Shown piece after piece: positions 38,109 to 46,828 of a stretch of 64,000 nucleotides of DNA. The translations under genes and the position numbers were made by a program. Positions within the stretch are counted from its first letter, which is position 1. Each line of letters begins with the position of its first letter. This stretch comes from Anaerolineales bacterium. GTDB taxonomy: Bacteria; Chloroflexota; Anaerolineae; Anaerolineales; UBA11579. Location of the stretch: NCBI GenBank assembly GCA_040882365.1, contig JBBEBI010000037.1:9419-73418 (forward strand), in the 5' to 3' direction. Under the pieces are notes generated by a model that ran no database searches, was not told the origin of the DNA, and saw only the letters and a list, made by a program, of their open reading frames with translations.

Positions 38109-39241
38109 GCTTCCTTAACCGGCGCTTCGGCGCCATTGCGGTATTCGGCGCGCACCTCGCGAGCGGCCACGTAACTCATGCCACCCACCTGGCGCGCCAG
38201 TCCCTTCAGTTCCATCAGCGCCAGGGTCGAGGACACTTGGTCGATGGGCATTTGTGCCAGGGCGCCGATTTCGTTCACGTGCAGTGGTTCCGGCCCTAGT
38301 AGACTGAACAATTTCGCTTCGGTAGCGTCGGCAGGCAGAACCGCAGTAGCCGTTTTATGTTCGGCCATCATTTCCAGATTTAGCAGATCCAGCAGGTCTT
38401 CGAAACGTACCAGCGGGTGGGCGCCGCGCTGGATGAGCATATTGGTTCCCTTGCTCTGGGGCGCGAAGATGGTGCCGGGCACGGCAAACACTTCGCGGCC
38501 CTGCTCTGCGGCAAAGCCGGCGGTGATCAGCGCGCCGCTTTGTTCGCCCGCCTCGATAATCACGACGGCCAAAGACAGGCCGGAAATGATGCGATTGCGG
38601 GGCGGGAAGTTGGCGGCATCCGGCGGTGTGCCCGTCGCATAATCTCCGACCAGCGCGCCGTGTGTCATAATCTCCTCAGCCAGGCGGCGGTTTTCCGCCG
38701 GATAGATCTGGTCCAAGCCGTGTGCCAGCACTGCGACAGTGCGGCCGCCGGCCTTCAGGGCAGCCTGGTGAGATATTGCATCTACGCCCTTGGCCAATCC
38801 GCTGACGACGGTGATGCCATTGCGCGCCAAAAAGGCGCCGAACTCTTCGGCGACCTGCTGACCATAGGCAGTCACGCGGCGAGTGCCGACAACGGCCACC
38901 GCCCATTCATCCTCGGGCAGCAGTTCGCCGCGTACGTAAAGCACCGGCGGTGCCTGATCCAACTCGCGCAATTTGCGCGGGTAGGTCTCATCCTCCCAGG
39001 TTAGCGCAGTGATGTGATGTTTTTCCAAGTCAGTTACAATCTGCTGCAAATCGATGGTTTCGCGCTTCTGGACGAAAGCCTCTATGGTGGCGTCGTTCAA
39101 TCCGGCCTGGCGCCATTGGGCGGGGGTAGCCATCCAGGCGGCTTCGGCACTTCCAAACGCGTCGAGCAAGGCGCGGAAACGCACGGCTCCGATCCATTTA
39201 ACGCTATTCAACGCCAGCCAGTAAGTTTTTTCGTCAATCAT
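38105..39241 (-). CDS. dprA: DNA processing protein DprA (Smf)
   Basis: VAVVGTRRVTAYG...VVSGLAKGVDAISHQAAL...GRTVAVLAHGLD..YP..N, with a C-terminal winged-helix tail. 4-nt overlap with the downstream gene. Confidence 0.9.
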   Translation of the reverse strand: MIDEKTYWLALNSVKWIGAVRFRALLDAFGSAEAAWMATPAQWRQAGLNDATIEAFVQKRETIDLQQIVTDLEKHHITALTWEDETYPRKLRELDQAPPVLYVRGELLPEDEWAVAVVGTRRVTAYGQQVAEEFGAFLARNGITVVSGLAKGVDAISHQAALKAGGRTVAVLAHGLDQIYPAENRRLAEEIMTHGALVGDYATGTPPDAANFPPRNRIISGLSLAVVIIEAGEQSGALITAGFAAEQGREVFAVPGTIFAPQSKGTNMLIQRGAHPLVRFEDLLDLLNLEMMAEHKTATAVLPADATEAKLFSLLGPEPLHVNEIGALAQMPIDQVSSTLALMELKGLARQVGGMSYVAAREVRAEYRNGAEAPVKEA

Positions 39242-39308
39242 GAGACACCCCCCCAGGTGAAAGCGGGGCAGAGAATATCATAGCCAGATTCTGGATGTCA
39301 AGAAGCGA

Positions 39309-39908
39309 TTATGGCTTGCCAGTCTCCAGCAGGCCCGGTAACAGGTGCACTACCACCCGCCCCTCCTCGGGCAGGACCTGACGGATCACCTGGTCAATGG
39401 CGGGCAACAAGATCTCGCCACCCGAAGCCGAATGCACCACGAAGACATCGTTCCCTCCCGTATGCAGGATTTCGACCAGCGTTCCCAATAACCCACCCGA
39501 TTCTTTGAACACCTGCAAACCCAAGAGTTGGTGTTGATAAAACTCCCCTTGGGGAAGAGGCGGTCTATCCGCGGCAAGGACGAACAGCGGCAGATTACGA
39601 AAATTCTCCACTGCCTCCACATCCGGGAATTCCGCAAAACTAAGCAACAGGCCCCGAATGTGTTCGCGCCGTTGCGAAACAATCACAGGACGATGATCCT
39701 CACCCAAATAGAGGCGCGCCCCCATTTGCAACCGTTCTGGAAAATCAGTCTCCAAGGAAACCAGGACTTCGCCTTTGAGACCGTGAGGTCGGCGTAGGAT
39801 GCCTACCAAAACAAATTCAGTCTCGCCTTTGGAAGGCGGAGCCTTCACGGGCGAGACTGTCTGTTGTGTTCTGCGACGTGCCGCTAAGCGCCGGCGCGGA
39901 CTGGTCAC
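39309..39908 (-). CDS. rimM: 16S rRNA processing protein RimM with an Arg-rich N-terminal extension
   Basis: VLVGILRRPHGLKGEVLV...FPERL...LPEGEFYQHQLLGLQV (PRC barrel). Confidence 0.85.
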   Translation of the reverse strand: MTSPRRRLAARRRTQQTVSPVKAPPSKGETEFVLVGILRRPHGLKGEVLVSLETDFPERLQMGARLYLGEDHRPVIVSQRREHIRGLLLSFAEFPDVEAVENFRNLPLFVLAADRPPLPQGEFYQHQLLGLQVFKESGGLLGTLVEILHTGGNDVFVVHSASGGEILLPAIDQVIRQVLPEEGRVVVHLLPGLLETGKP

Positions 39909-40141
39909 TCGGGTTCCGAAATTTGCAGAAGGGCGCGCTTTCCATCGCGAGCCGCGGTCACCTGCAATAACACGCGAATTGCATTAGCGACCCGACCATT
40001 GCGCCCGATCACGCGGCCCATATCCTCTCGGGCCACGCGCAAGCTGATCTCTGTACTCTCACCCTTCTTACGCTGCGACACAAAAACACTGGTGGGGTCA
40101 TCCACCAGTGAACGGGCGACGTACTCGATCAGCTCTTTCAT
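39905..40141 (-). CDS. KH-domain RNA-binding protein (YlqC/UPF0109)
   Basis: MKELIEYVARSLVDDP...LRVAREDMGRVIGRNGRVANAIRVLL (GxxG KH motif). It sits between rpsP and rimM, as is typical. Confidence 0.85.
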   Translation of the reverse strand: MKELIEYVARSLVDDPTSVFVSQRKKGESTEISLRVAREDMGRVIGRNGRVANAIRVLLQVTAARDGKRALLQISEPE

Positions 40142-40152
40142 TTCCGGTGAAA

Positions 40153-40632
40153 TTATGAGGCAGCCGGGGCTTCTTCGGACTTGGCAGGCTCTGCCGGGGG
40201 TTCAGCAAGGGGAGCGGCAGCCGCAGGTGCAGAAGCGGGAGCGCTCTCTTTAGCCGCTTTCTTGCGCCTGGACGTGCCCGCCTTAGGAGCCGCGCGGCGA
40301 GTTTGCTGGGTAACATTGCGGGTCTGGGCAGCCGTTTCAGCCTCAGTCAGCAAGGTTTCCGCTTTTTCTCCCGATTTGAAGCGTTCATAGCGATCCAAAA
40401 GGCCAGCGACCTTGAATATCTGCATCACGGAGTCGCTCGGCTGGGCGCCGTTAGAAATCCATTGATAGATGCGATCTTCTTTCAGATTTATCGTGGCCGG
40501 CTCGGTGCGCGGGTTGTAGAAGCCGAGAATCTCAATAAAGCGCCCGTTGCGGGGACTTTCTTTATCCGCGGCCACAACACGGAAACTGGCCTGATTTTTG
40601 CCGCCTACGCGGCGTAAACGAATACGAACCAT
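40153..40632 (-). CDS. rpsP: 30S ribosomal protein S16 with a ~70-aa Ala/Pro/Lys-rich C-terminal tail
   Basis: MVRIRLRRVGGKNQASFRVVAADKESPRNGRFIEILGFYNPRTEP. Confidence 0.9.
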   Translation of the reverse strand: MVRIRLRRVGGKNQASFRVVAADKESPRNGRFIEILGFYNPRTEPATINLKEDRIYQWISNGAQPSDSVMQIFKVAGLLDRYERFKSGEKAETLLTEAETAAQTRNVTQQTRRAAPKAGTSRRKKAAKESAPASAPAAAAPLAEPPAEPAKSEEAPAAS

Positions 40633-40828
40633 ATGATTACGAAGACTCCTGTCTAGTTATTGGGCCGATTATACCCGTTGCGCCATAGCTTCCCGCAAAC
40701 AGCCTATCATTTTAGCTGGCAAGCCAACAGAGGTCAAGGGCGTACCCCAAGATCAGCCGCGACTTCATTTAACTGATAGTGTTTTAATTAGCACAATTCC
40801 CATTCCGTCCCACACTAATGGAGAGAAG

Positions 40829-41683
40829 ATGGCCAAAATCGCTCTGATGACAGACAGCACAACCTACGTTCCCAAGGAGCTCAGCAAAGGTTACGATATC
40901 CATGTAGTCCCCTCCGTGATCATCTGGGGTGAGGAAGTATTAAAAGACGGAGTCGACATTCAGCCCACAGAGTTTTATAAACGGCTGGCGACTTCAAAGG
41001 ACACTCCAACCACCTCCCAGCCGACCCCGGCATTTTTCATCGAGAAATTGGAACAGCTGGCCTCACAGGGATATACGGATATCCTGGGCGTCTTCGTCTC
41101 CGCCAAGTTCTCGGGCACGATCGCCTCGGCTGAACAGGCGAAGCAGCAGTTGCCTAAGATCAATTTCACCATTGTGGACGGCCACTCGGCTTCCATGGGG
41201 ACGGGGTGGCCGCTGCTAGAGGCAGCCAAAGCCGTCAAGGCCGGTAAGTCAGTCGAGGAGTGCGTCAAGATCGTCGAGAGCGCCCGCAACAATACAGGAG
41301 TGCTCTTGATGGTGGATACGCTGGAATTCCTGCACCGCGGCGGGCGCATCGGCGGCGCGCAGCGCTTCGTGGGCACCGCGCTGAACTTGAAGCCCATCCT
41401 CGAGGTTGTGCACGGCGGCCTGGAAGCCGTTGAGCGGGTACGCACCAAGAGCAAGGCGCTGGACCGGTTGGCGGAATTGCTGGTGGCGCGCGTAGGCGGC
41501 CGCAAACCCGTGAGGCTGGCAGTGCTGCATGCCAACGCCCTGGAAGACGCAAAGACCCTGCTGGCCGAAGGCGTTAAGCGAGTTGACCCGGTTGAAACCA
41601 CTCTCAGTGATGTGAGCCCAGCCGTGGGCACGCATACCGGGCCGGGAACCCTGGGATTCGCGTTTATGGCAGGAGTCAATTAG
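40829..41683 (+). CDS. DegV-family fatty-acid-binding protein
   Basis: IALMTDSTTYVP...TSQPTPAFF...SAKFSGT...LEFLHRGGRIG. Confidence 0.85.
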   Translation: MAKIALMTDSTTYVPKELSKGYDIHVVPSVIIWGEEVLKDGVDIQPTEFYKRLATSKDTPTTSQPTPAFFIEKLEQLASQGYTDILGVFVSAKFSGTIASAEQAKQQLPKINFTIVDGHSASMGTGWPLLEAAKAVKAGKSVEECVKIVESARNNTGVLLMVDTLEFLHRGGRIGGAQRFVGTALNLKPILEVVHGGLEAVERVRTKSKALDRLAELLVARVGGRKPVRLAVLHANALEDAKTLLAEGVKRVDPVETTLSDVSPAVGTHTGPGTLGFAFMAGVN

Positions 41684-41699
41684 CTACCAGCGGAAATAT

Positions 41700-41725
41700 A
41701 CAAGAGCCCCTGACGGGGCTCTTGT
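41700..41725. terminator. Hairpin between convergent degV-like and pdp genes
   Basis: ACAAGAGCCCC-tgac-GGGGCTCTTGT is a perfect 11-bp stem. TTATTT follows on the + strand and an A/T-rich run on the - strand. Confidence 0.55.
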
Positions 41726-43029
41726 TATTTAATGATTCCGTAGAACAACGGCAGGGGTTTCACTTTTTTGCTGCTCCATTGATGAGCGGCCAGCGCGCGT
41801 CCGCGCGCCGCCTCGAGTTTGCCTTTGTCGTTGGCGTGCAAGGTGAACAACGGCTCGCTTTTAGCCAATTTATCCCCAACTTTGTGATGCACCACAATGC
41901 CCACGGCGTGATCGATCGGATCCCCCTTCTTGGCGCGGCCCGCGCCCAGCTCGACCGAGGTCTCGCCGATCTCTTTGGCGTCGACGCGCCTAAGATAACC
42001 CGCGCGAGGAGCGGGGATGAGTTCGATGAAAGGGGCGCGGGGGAACTTATCCGGATCATCCACGTAGCTCACATCGCCGCCTTGGGCAACCACCAAAGCA
42101 CGGAAACGCTGGAAGGCGGAGCCGTTCTGGAGCTGGGCAGCGGCTAGCTTGCGGGCGGCTGCCAATGTTTTTTCCTTCTCGCCTAAGACGATGAGATGGG
42201 CAGCAACTTCCACAGCATGGCGGCGAAAGTCTTCAGGGCCACCGCCCTGCAAGGTCAGGACGGCCTCTTTGACTTCGAGAGCATTGCCCACAGCGTGGCC
42301 GAGCGGCTGGTTCATGTCTGAAAGCAGGGCTACGGCCTTGCGGCTGGCCAACCTAGCAATCTTCACCATAATCTTTGCCAGGGCGCGGGCATCATCAAGA
42401 TTCTTCATGAAGGCGCCTACGCCCACTTTGACATCCAGCACCATGCGTTGAGCGCCTGCGGCGATCTTCTTGCTCATGACTGAAGAAGCGATTAGAGGTA
42501 ACGAATCGATGGTACCGGTCACATCGCGCAGCGCATACAATTTTCCATCGGCAGGCGCCAGGTCCCCAGTTTGACCGGTTAGCACCAGTCCCACTTCGCG
42601 TAATTGTCTTAGGAATTCTTCGGTAGTCAGGTCGGTGCGGAAACCTGGGATCGATTCCATCTTGTCCAAGGTTCCGCCACTGAAACCCAGGCCGTGGCCG
42701 GACATCTTTCCGACGCGCAAACCGCAAGCAGCAACCAGGGGCTCGACCACCAGGGTGGTCTTATCACCCACACCACCGGTGGAATGCTTATCGAGCGCCC
42801 GATCCACTACACCCGTCAGATCCAGCATGTCGCCGGATTCAGCCATGGCCAAAGTCAGTTCCATGGTCTCGCGGTCGGTCATGCCGTTGAGCAAGACGGC
42901 CATGGCCCAGGCGGACACCTGGTAATCCTGGATCTCGCCGCGCGTGAATCCTTCCACAAAGAAGCGGATTTCGTCGCGGGTCAGTTCTTGCCCTTGGCGC
43001 TTCTTAACGATGATGTCAACGGCACGCAT
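41725..43029 (-). CDS. pdp: Pyrimidine-nucleoside (thymidine) phosphorylase
   Basis: IIVKKRQGQELTRDEIRFFV...DKHSTGGVGDKTT...KMSGHGLGFSGGTLDK. Confidence 0.9.
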   Translation of the reverse strand: MRAVDIIVKKRQGQELTRDEIRFFVEGFTRGEIQDYQVSAWAMAVLLNGMTDRETMELTLAMAESGDMLDLTGVVDRALDKHSTGGVGDKTTLVVEPLVAACGLRVGKMSGHGLGFSGGTLDKMESIPGFRTDLTTEEFLRQLREVGLVLTGQTGDLAPADGKLYALRDVTGTIDSLPLIASSVMSKKIAAGAQRMVLDVKVGVGAFMKNLDDARALAKIMVKIARLASRKAVALLSDMNQPLGHAVGNALEVKEAVLTLQGGGPEDFRRHAVEVAAHLIVLGEKEKTLAAARKLAAAQLQNGSAFQRFRALVVAQGGDVSYVDDPDKFPRAPFIELIPAPRAGYLRRVDAKEIGETSVELGAGRAKKGDPIDHAVGIVVHHKVGDKLAKSEPLFTLHANDKGKLEAARGRALAAHQWSSKKVKPLPLFYGIIK

Positions 43030-43179
43030 GGGTTATTCCGAAGGGCTAAAATTATAATATCGACTGGCAACTTGTCATACAATTTGGCGTAACTAAGCTA
43101 ACTTGACAAAGGTCAGGATTCGCTAATAGACTGACCTACTGCCAGTATTGCAAGGAACGGAGACCGCTATCGGCTAACA

Positions 43180-46100
43180 ATGGCCATCTTGCTCACTAAA
43201 GTGCGTCCGCCGCAACGGCGCAAAGATGTCCTGCGGCGGGTGCGCTTGATCGACATCCTCCACCAAAATCTGCACCGCAAGCTAACGTTTGTCTCGGCTC
43301 CTGCAGGTTACGGCAAAACCACCCTTTTGGTGGATTTTGCCGCGGATGTGGACGCCATCGTGTGTTGGTACCGCATCAGCCCGGAAGACAACGACCTGGT
43401 CCAATTCGTCGCACACTTGATTGCCGCCTTCCAACAACAGGTAGCCAACTTCGGCAAGGAACTGGAAGAGAAGCTCAACTCCATGGGTGGCGCGCCTGAC
43501 GCCGCCACCTTGGCCGTCGATTTCATCAACGAGGTCGAGCAAAAGGTAGACGACTTTTCCTTGCTGGTGTTGGACGACTATCACCTGGCGGGGGAGAACC
43601 AGCAGATCGTGGATTTCGTCGAGAATTTCCTCGAGCACCTGCCTGACAGGTTGCGCATACTGATTGGCTCGCGCAGCGTGTATGGCATCCCCACGGCGAA
43701 CTTGTACGTTCGCGACGAACTAGTGACTATCAGCGCGGAAGAGCTTCGCTTCCGGGCCGAAGAGCTGCAAAAGCTGGTGCTGCAGAATTACCGCATCCGC
43801 CTGAGCGACGAGCAAGCTGATGAGTTCGCCAAGCGGGCCGATGGCTGGATCATCGCCATCCTGCTGGCCCTGCGCACCATGGAGAACGGCACCCTGCCCA
43901 AGCTTAGCGGGGGCATCCAGCAGGTGTATGAGTATCTGGCAGAAGAAGTCGTCAGCCGGCAAAGTGAGCACTTGCGGGATTTCATGCTGGCCACTTCCAT
44001 CCTGGGGGATTTCAACGAGGCGTTGTGCAATTACCTGCTGGAGCGCAAGGATTCGGCATCTTCCCTGCAAGCGCTGGAGGACCGCAACCTGTTCGTCAGC
44101 CGCACCGAAATGACGGAAGGCCCCAGCTATCGCTACCATCAACTTTTTTCAGAGTTCCTGCAAGATTATTTTGGCCGCACGCAAAAGCCGCGGCTGGCAG
44201 CGCTGCACCACCGGGCCGCCGAGTGGCATCGCGGCCGCAAGGAATGGGAAGCTGCGATCGACCACAAGCTGGCGGCGGGCGATAAGGAAAAGGCGGCGGC
44301 GTGGATCGACAAGGTGGCCAAGGAATATTATGTGGCGGGAAGACAGGCCCTCTTGGCGCGCTGGGTGACAGCCTTGGGCACGGACCCCAACATGCAAAAG
44401 GAAGCGCCACGCCTTTTGTTGTACCATGCGAAGTTCCTAGTAAATCAAAGCAGGTTCGCAGAGAGTCTAAGGCCACTGGATATCGCGAATCCAGCATTTA
44501 AACATGAAGGGGATTTCGACTTACTAGCGAATGTGGCCATCACCCGGGGTATGGTGGCGAGGTTTACTGGAGAATATAAGCAAGCTATCAATTTGGCCCA
44601 GCAAGCCCAGGATTTGCTAAACAAGAAGTCGAAGCGGAGACGACATTCGCTACAGTGGTATCAAGCGGAGCGCCTTAAGGGCCTCCCTACGTATTTTCTT
44701 GGGGACATCCGAGGTGCAATCAAATATTTGAAGGCAGCGGTAGCGGGATTCCGCCGCTTGGGATCTGTGGGTCGAGGGAATCACAAATTTGGGAACTTAT
44801 ATGATTTGGCCGAGACCCTGAACGATTTGGGATTGGTATATATAAATAACGGCCAACTGCTTGACGCGCAACAAGCATTTCAAGAAACCCTGGATATCCA
44901 TATCAACCTGCGCAGCAATTTGGGCGCGTTAGCGTCTGCTCGCAATAACATCGCCTATCTCCATCATCAGATTGGACAATACGCAGAAGCGTGGCATGAA
45001 TACTCTTTGGCGTTAGAACATGCTCGGGCCGCAAATCTAATTCGTGTCCAAGTCGCCATATTAAATGGGCGTGGTGATTTGCTGCTAGACGTTGGTGAAA
45101 AAGAGGAAGCCGAAAGAAGCTTTCAGCAAGCACACTCACTCCCCGGGGAACCCACCGAACTCGTCGGTACATTTGCAGGTCTCGCCCGCGTTGAGCGCCT
45201 TAGAGGACACTTTAGCGAATCAATGAATTGGCTGCGAAGAGGGGCCAGTTTTCGAGGGGGCGCGATGGATGAAACCGATTACGCATTAGAAATGGGAAAT
45301 GTCTATGCGGGCATGGGACAACTCGATCTAGCGCTAAGAGAATTCGAAAAAGCTATGGCTGGCTGGCCCAAGCAGAAAGCCCCCAAGCAATCCCAGGTGA
45401 TGGCCGCATTTTTGGCCGCCAAGACCCATCTTCAAAAGCAACAAGCCCAAAAAGCAGAAAAGCTATTGAATAAGGCCCTTGAGGGCGCAGCCCGCTTGGG
45501 TTACGATCAGTTTCTCGTCGCCGCAGCCAGATGGAGCAACAATTTTCTATCCCAGTTCGTACAGACTAACTCATCCGAGCAAATAAAGGCTTTAGCTGAA
45601 CGAGCGGCCAATTTTATTCCTGGCAAAGCAGCCCTAGAACGAAAATCGTCCGAACCGACGGTAAGGTCAATTCACATCGAAGTACAGGCCTTTGGTCCGG
45701 GAGAAATCCGTCTAGATGGGGAATTGCTTTCAATGAGTGTTTGGCGATCTAGCCGTGCCAGGGCCCTTTTCTTTTATCTCCTAGATCGCGGAAGGGCACG
45801 CAAGGATACTATTGGATTGGACTTTTGGCCTGATTTCAGTTCGGGAAAGATCAGCAGCAATTTTCACGCCACCTTATGGCGAGTACGGCAGGCTCTGGGC
45901 TTCAAGGAAGCCATCGTCTATGAGCAAGATCATTACAGCCTTCACCCCTCGTTCGGGATCTGGTACGACGTATGGGAATTTGAAAGCTATTTGAAAAAAG
46001 CTGGCGAAGAACAACTTTCTAAACGTGCCAGGGGCGAGTTGCTAAAGCAAGCCCTGGACTTGTACAAACAGTCCTACTTGCAGGACATATTCATGGAATG

Positions 46101-46413
46101 GACGGATCGCAGGCGGGAAGAGCTGCGCGCCCTTTATGTCGATGCACTACTCGATCTGGCTTCCATGGAAGCCGAAAGCAAACACTATCGGGAAGCCAAG
46201 CTACTTTATGAGAAAATCCTGGGTGTCGACCCCTATCGTGACGAGGTACATCTATCTTTAATGAAATGCCTAGCGCTATCTGGCGCCCCTTCGGCAGCCA
46301 TCGCCCATTTCAAGCAATACAGAGCCTTACTGCGCAAGGAGCTGAATGCAGAACCCTTGCGGGAGCTGCGTGAGTATTACAATCAGTTATCGATAAAGGC
46401 ACAGACACCTTAA
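43180..46413 (+). CDS. STAND-class regulator: MalT-type P-loop NTPase, TPR-like helical repeats, and a C-terminal SARP module (OmpR-type wHTH plus BTAD)
   Basis: The N terminus LTKVRPPQRRKDVLRRVRLIDIL...FVSAPAGYGKTTLL...WYRISPEDNDLVQF is MalT-like. The C-terminal ~250 aa have IEVQAFGPGEIRLDG...RARALFFYLL...FHATLWRVRQAL (wHTH), then YDVWEFE...ALDLYKQSYLQD...W...RREELRALYVDALLDLA...YEKILGVDPYRDEVHLSLMKCLALSG...AIAHFKQYRALLRKELNAEP (BTAD). Confidence 0.8.
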   Translation: MAILLTKVRPPQRRKDVLRRVRLIDILHQNLHRKLTFVSAPAGYGKTTLLVDFAADVDAIVCWYRISPEDNDLVQFVAHLIAAFQQQVANFGKELEEKLNSMGGAPDAATLAVDFINEVEQKVDDFSLLVLDDYHLAGENQQIVDFVENFLEHLPDRLRILIGSRSVYGIPTANLYVRDELVTISAEELRFRAEELQKLVLQNYRIRLSDEQADEFAKRADGWIIAILLALRTMENGTLPKLSGGIQQVYEYLAEEVVSRQSEHLRDFMLATSILGDFNEALCNYLLERKDSASSLQALEDRNLFVSRTEMTEGPSYRYHQLFSEFLQDYFGRTQKPRLAALHHRAAEWHRGRKEWEAAIDHKLAAGDKEKAAAWIDKVAKEYYVAGRQALLARWVTALGTDPNMQKEAPRLLLYHAKFLVNQSRFAESLRPLDIANPAFKHEGDFDLLANVAITRGMVARFTGEYKQAINLAQQAQDLLNKKSKRRRHSLQWYQAERLKGLPTYFLGDIRGAIKYLKAAVAGFRRLGSVGRGNHKFGNLYDLAETLNDLGLVYINNGQLLDAQQAFQETLDIHINLRSNLGALASARNNIAYLHHQIGQYAEAWHEYSLALEHARAANLIRVQVAILNGRGDLLLDVGEKEEAERSFQQAHSLPGEPTELVGTFAGLARVERLRGHFSESMNWLRRGASFRGGAMDETDYALEMGNVYAGMGQLDLALREFEKAMAGWPKQKAPKQSQVMAAFLAAKTHLQKQQAQKAEKLLNKALEGAARLGYDQFLVAAARWSNNFLSQFVQTNSSEQIKALAERAANFIPGKAALERKSSEPTVRSIHIEVQAFGPGEIRLDGELLSMSVWRSSRARALFFYLLDRGRARKDTIGLDFWPDFSSGKISSNFHATLWRVRQALGFKEAIVYEQDHYSLHPSFGIWYDVWEFESYLKKAGEEQLSKRARGELLKQALDLYKQSYLQDIFMEWTDRRREELRALYVDALLDLASMEAESKHYREAKLLYEKILGVDPYRDEVHLSLMKCLALSGAPSAAIAHFKQYRALLRKELNAEPLRELREYYNQLSIKAQTP

Positions 46414-46469
46414 GGAGGCTCTATCGCGGAGGTAGATTGATTGTCTATTAGCGAATCATTGATGCCAGC

Positions 46470-46499
46470 AAGGCTGCTCAAACGGGTGGCCTTTTTTTG
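46470..46499 (+). terminator. Weak candidate terminator after the STAND/SARP gene
   Basis: AAGGCTGC...GTGGCCTT is an imperfect stem with two G-U pairs and an 8-nt loop. TTTTTTGT follows. Confidence 0.3.
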
Positions 46500-46546
46500 T
46501 CTCAGGGCATGCAGCTTGCTCAGAGATACGTTCATAGGGCGTCTCC

Positions 46547-46552
46547 TAGAAT
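46547..46552 (+). promoter_or_regulatory. Candidate -10 element (TAGAAT) for the small-peptide genes
   Basis: TAGAAT lies ~40 nt upstream of ATG 46591. There is no good -35 at 17-18 bp, which would fit an activator-dependent promoter. Pattern only. Confidence 0.2.
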
Positions 46553-46590
46553 GCGCCCACTAACCTAACTATGTTTTATGGAGGATTCAC

Positions 46591-46782
46591 ATGTTCAATA
46601 GCACAAAAGTTCAGTTCAACCAACCCTGCGGCGGCGGCGTGGGCACCGGCCCTACCTTCGCCCAGCCCTGCGGTGGCGGCGTAGGCACCGGCCCTAGCTT
46701 TGCGCAGCCCTGCGGTGGCGGCGTGGGCACCGGCCCTAGCTTTGCGCAGCCCTGCGGTGGCGGCGTGGGCACCGACCATTAA
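46591..46782 (+). CDS. 63-aa Gly/Cys/Pro-rich tandem-repeat peptide (candidate multi-core RiPP precursor)
   Basis: MFNSTKVQFN + QPCGGGVGTGPTFA + QPCGGGVGTGPSFA + QPCGGGVGTGPSFA + QPCGGGVGTDH*. GGAGGA (46580-46585) lies 5 nt before the ATG. Five of the six nucleotide differences between copies 1 and 2 are synonymous third positions in this frame, and the sixth gives Thr/Ser. Confidence 0.6.
   Translation: MFNSTKVQFNQPCGGGVGTGPTFAQPCGGGVGTGPSFAQPCGGGVGTGPSFAQPCGGGVGTDH
46621..46782. repeat. 42-bp direct tandem repeat, ~3.8 copies
   Basis: Units are at 46621-46662, 46663-46704, 46705-46746 and 46747-46782 (last copy diverged and truncated). The consensus is CAGCCCTGCGGTGGCGGCGTGGGCACCGGCCCTAGCTTTGCG. 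Copies 2 and 3 differ at one base, and copy 4 matches copy 3 for 28 nt. Confidence 0.95.
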
Positions 46783-46828
46783 GTTGACCCATATTTTGTT
46801 TGATCCGATTCTGAATAAGGAGCTTGAA

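Noticed and set aside
43104-43135. TTGACA followed by TAATAG and a 7-bp-stem hairpin (AGGTCAG...CTGACCT) upstream of the STAND/SARP gene as a promoter
   Set aside because: The hexamers are plausible, but the spacing is ambiguous (15-17 bp) and there is no supporting data. This is too weak to list as a feature.
46436-46463. ATTGAT direct repeats 22 bp apart (46436 and 46458) as possible SARP heptad boxes
   Set aside because: These are only 6-nt matches. They lie upstream of the putative terminator of the regulator gene and ~90 nt from the candidate -10, so chance is a sufficient explanation without binding data.
46621-46782. Possibility that the 42-bp repeats are a CRISPR array
   Set aside because: The repeat units abut directly with no spacers, are not palindromic, lie inside an SD-led ORF, and no cas genes are present.
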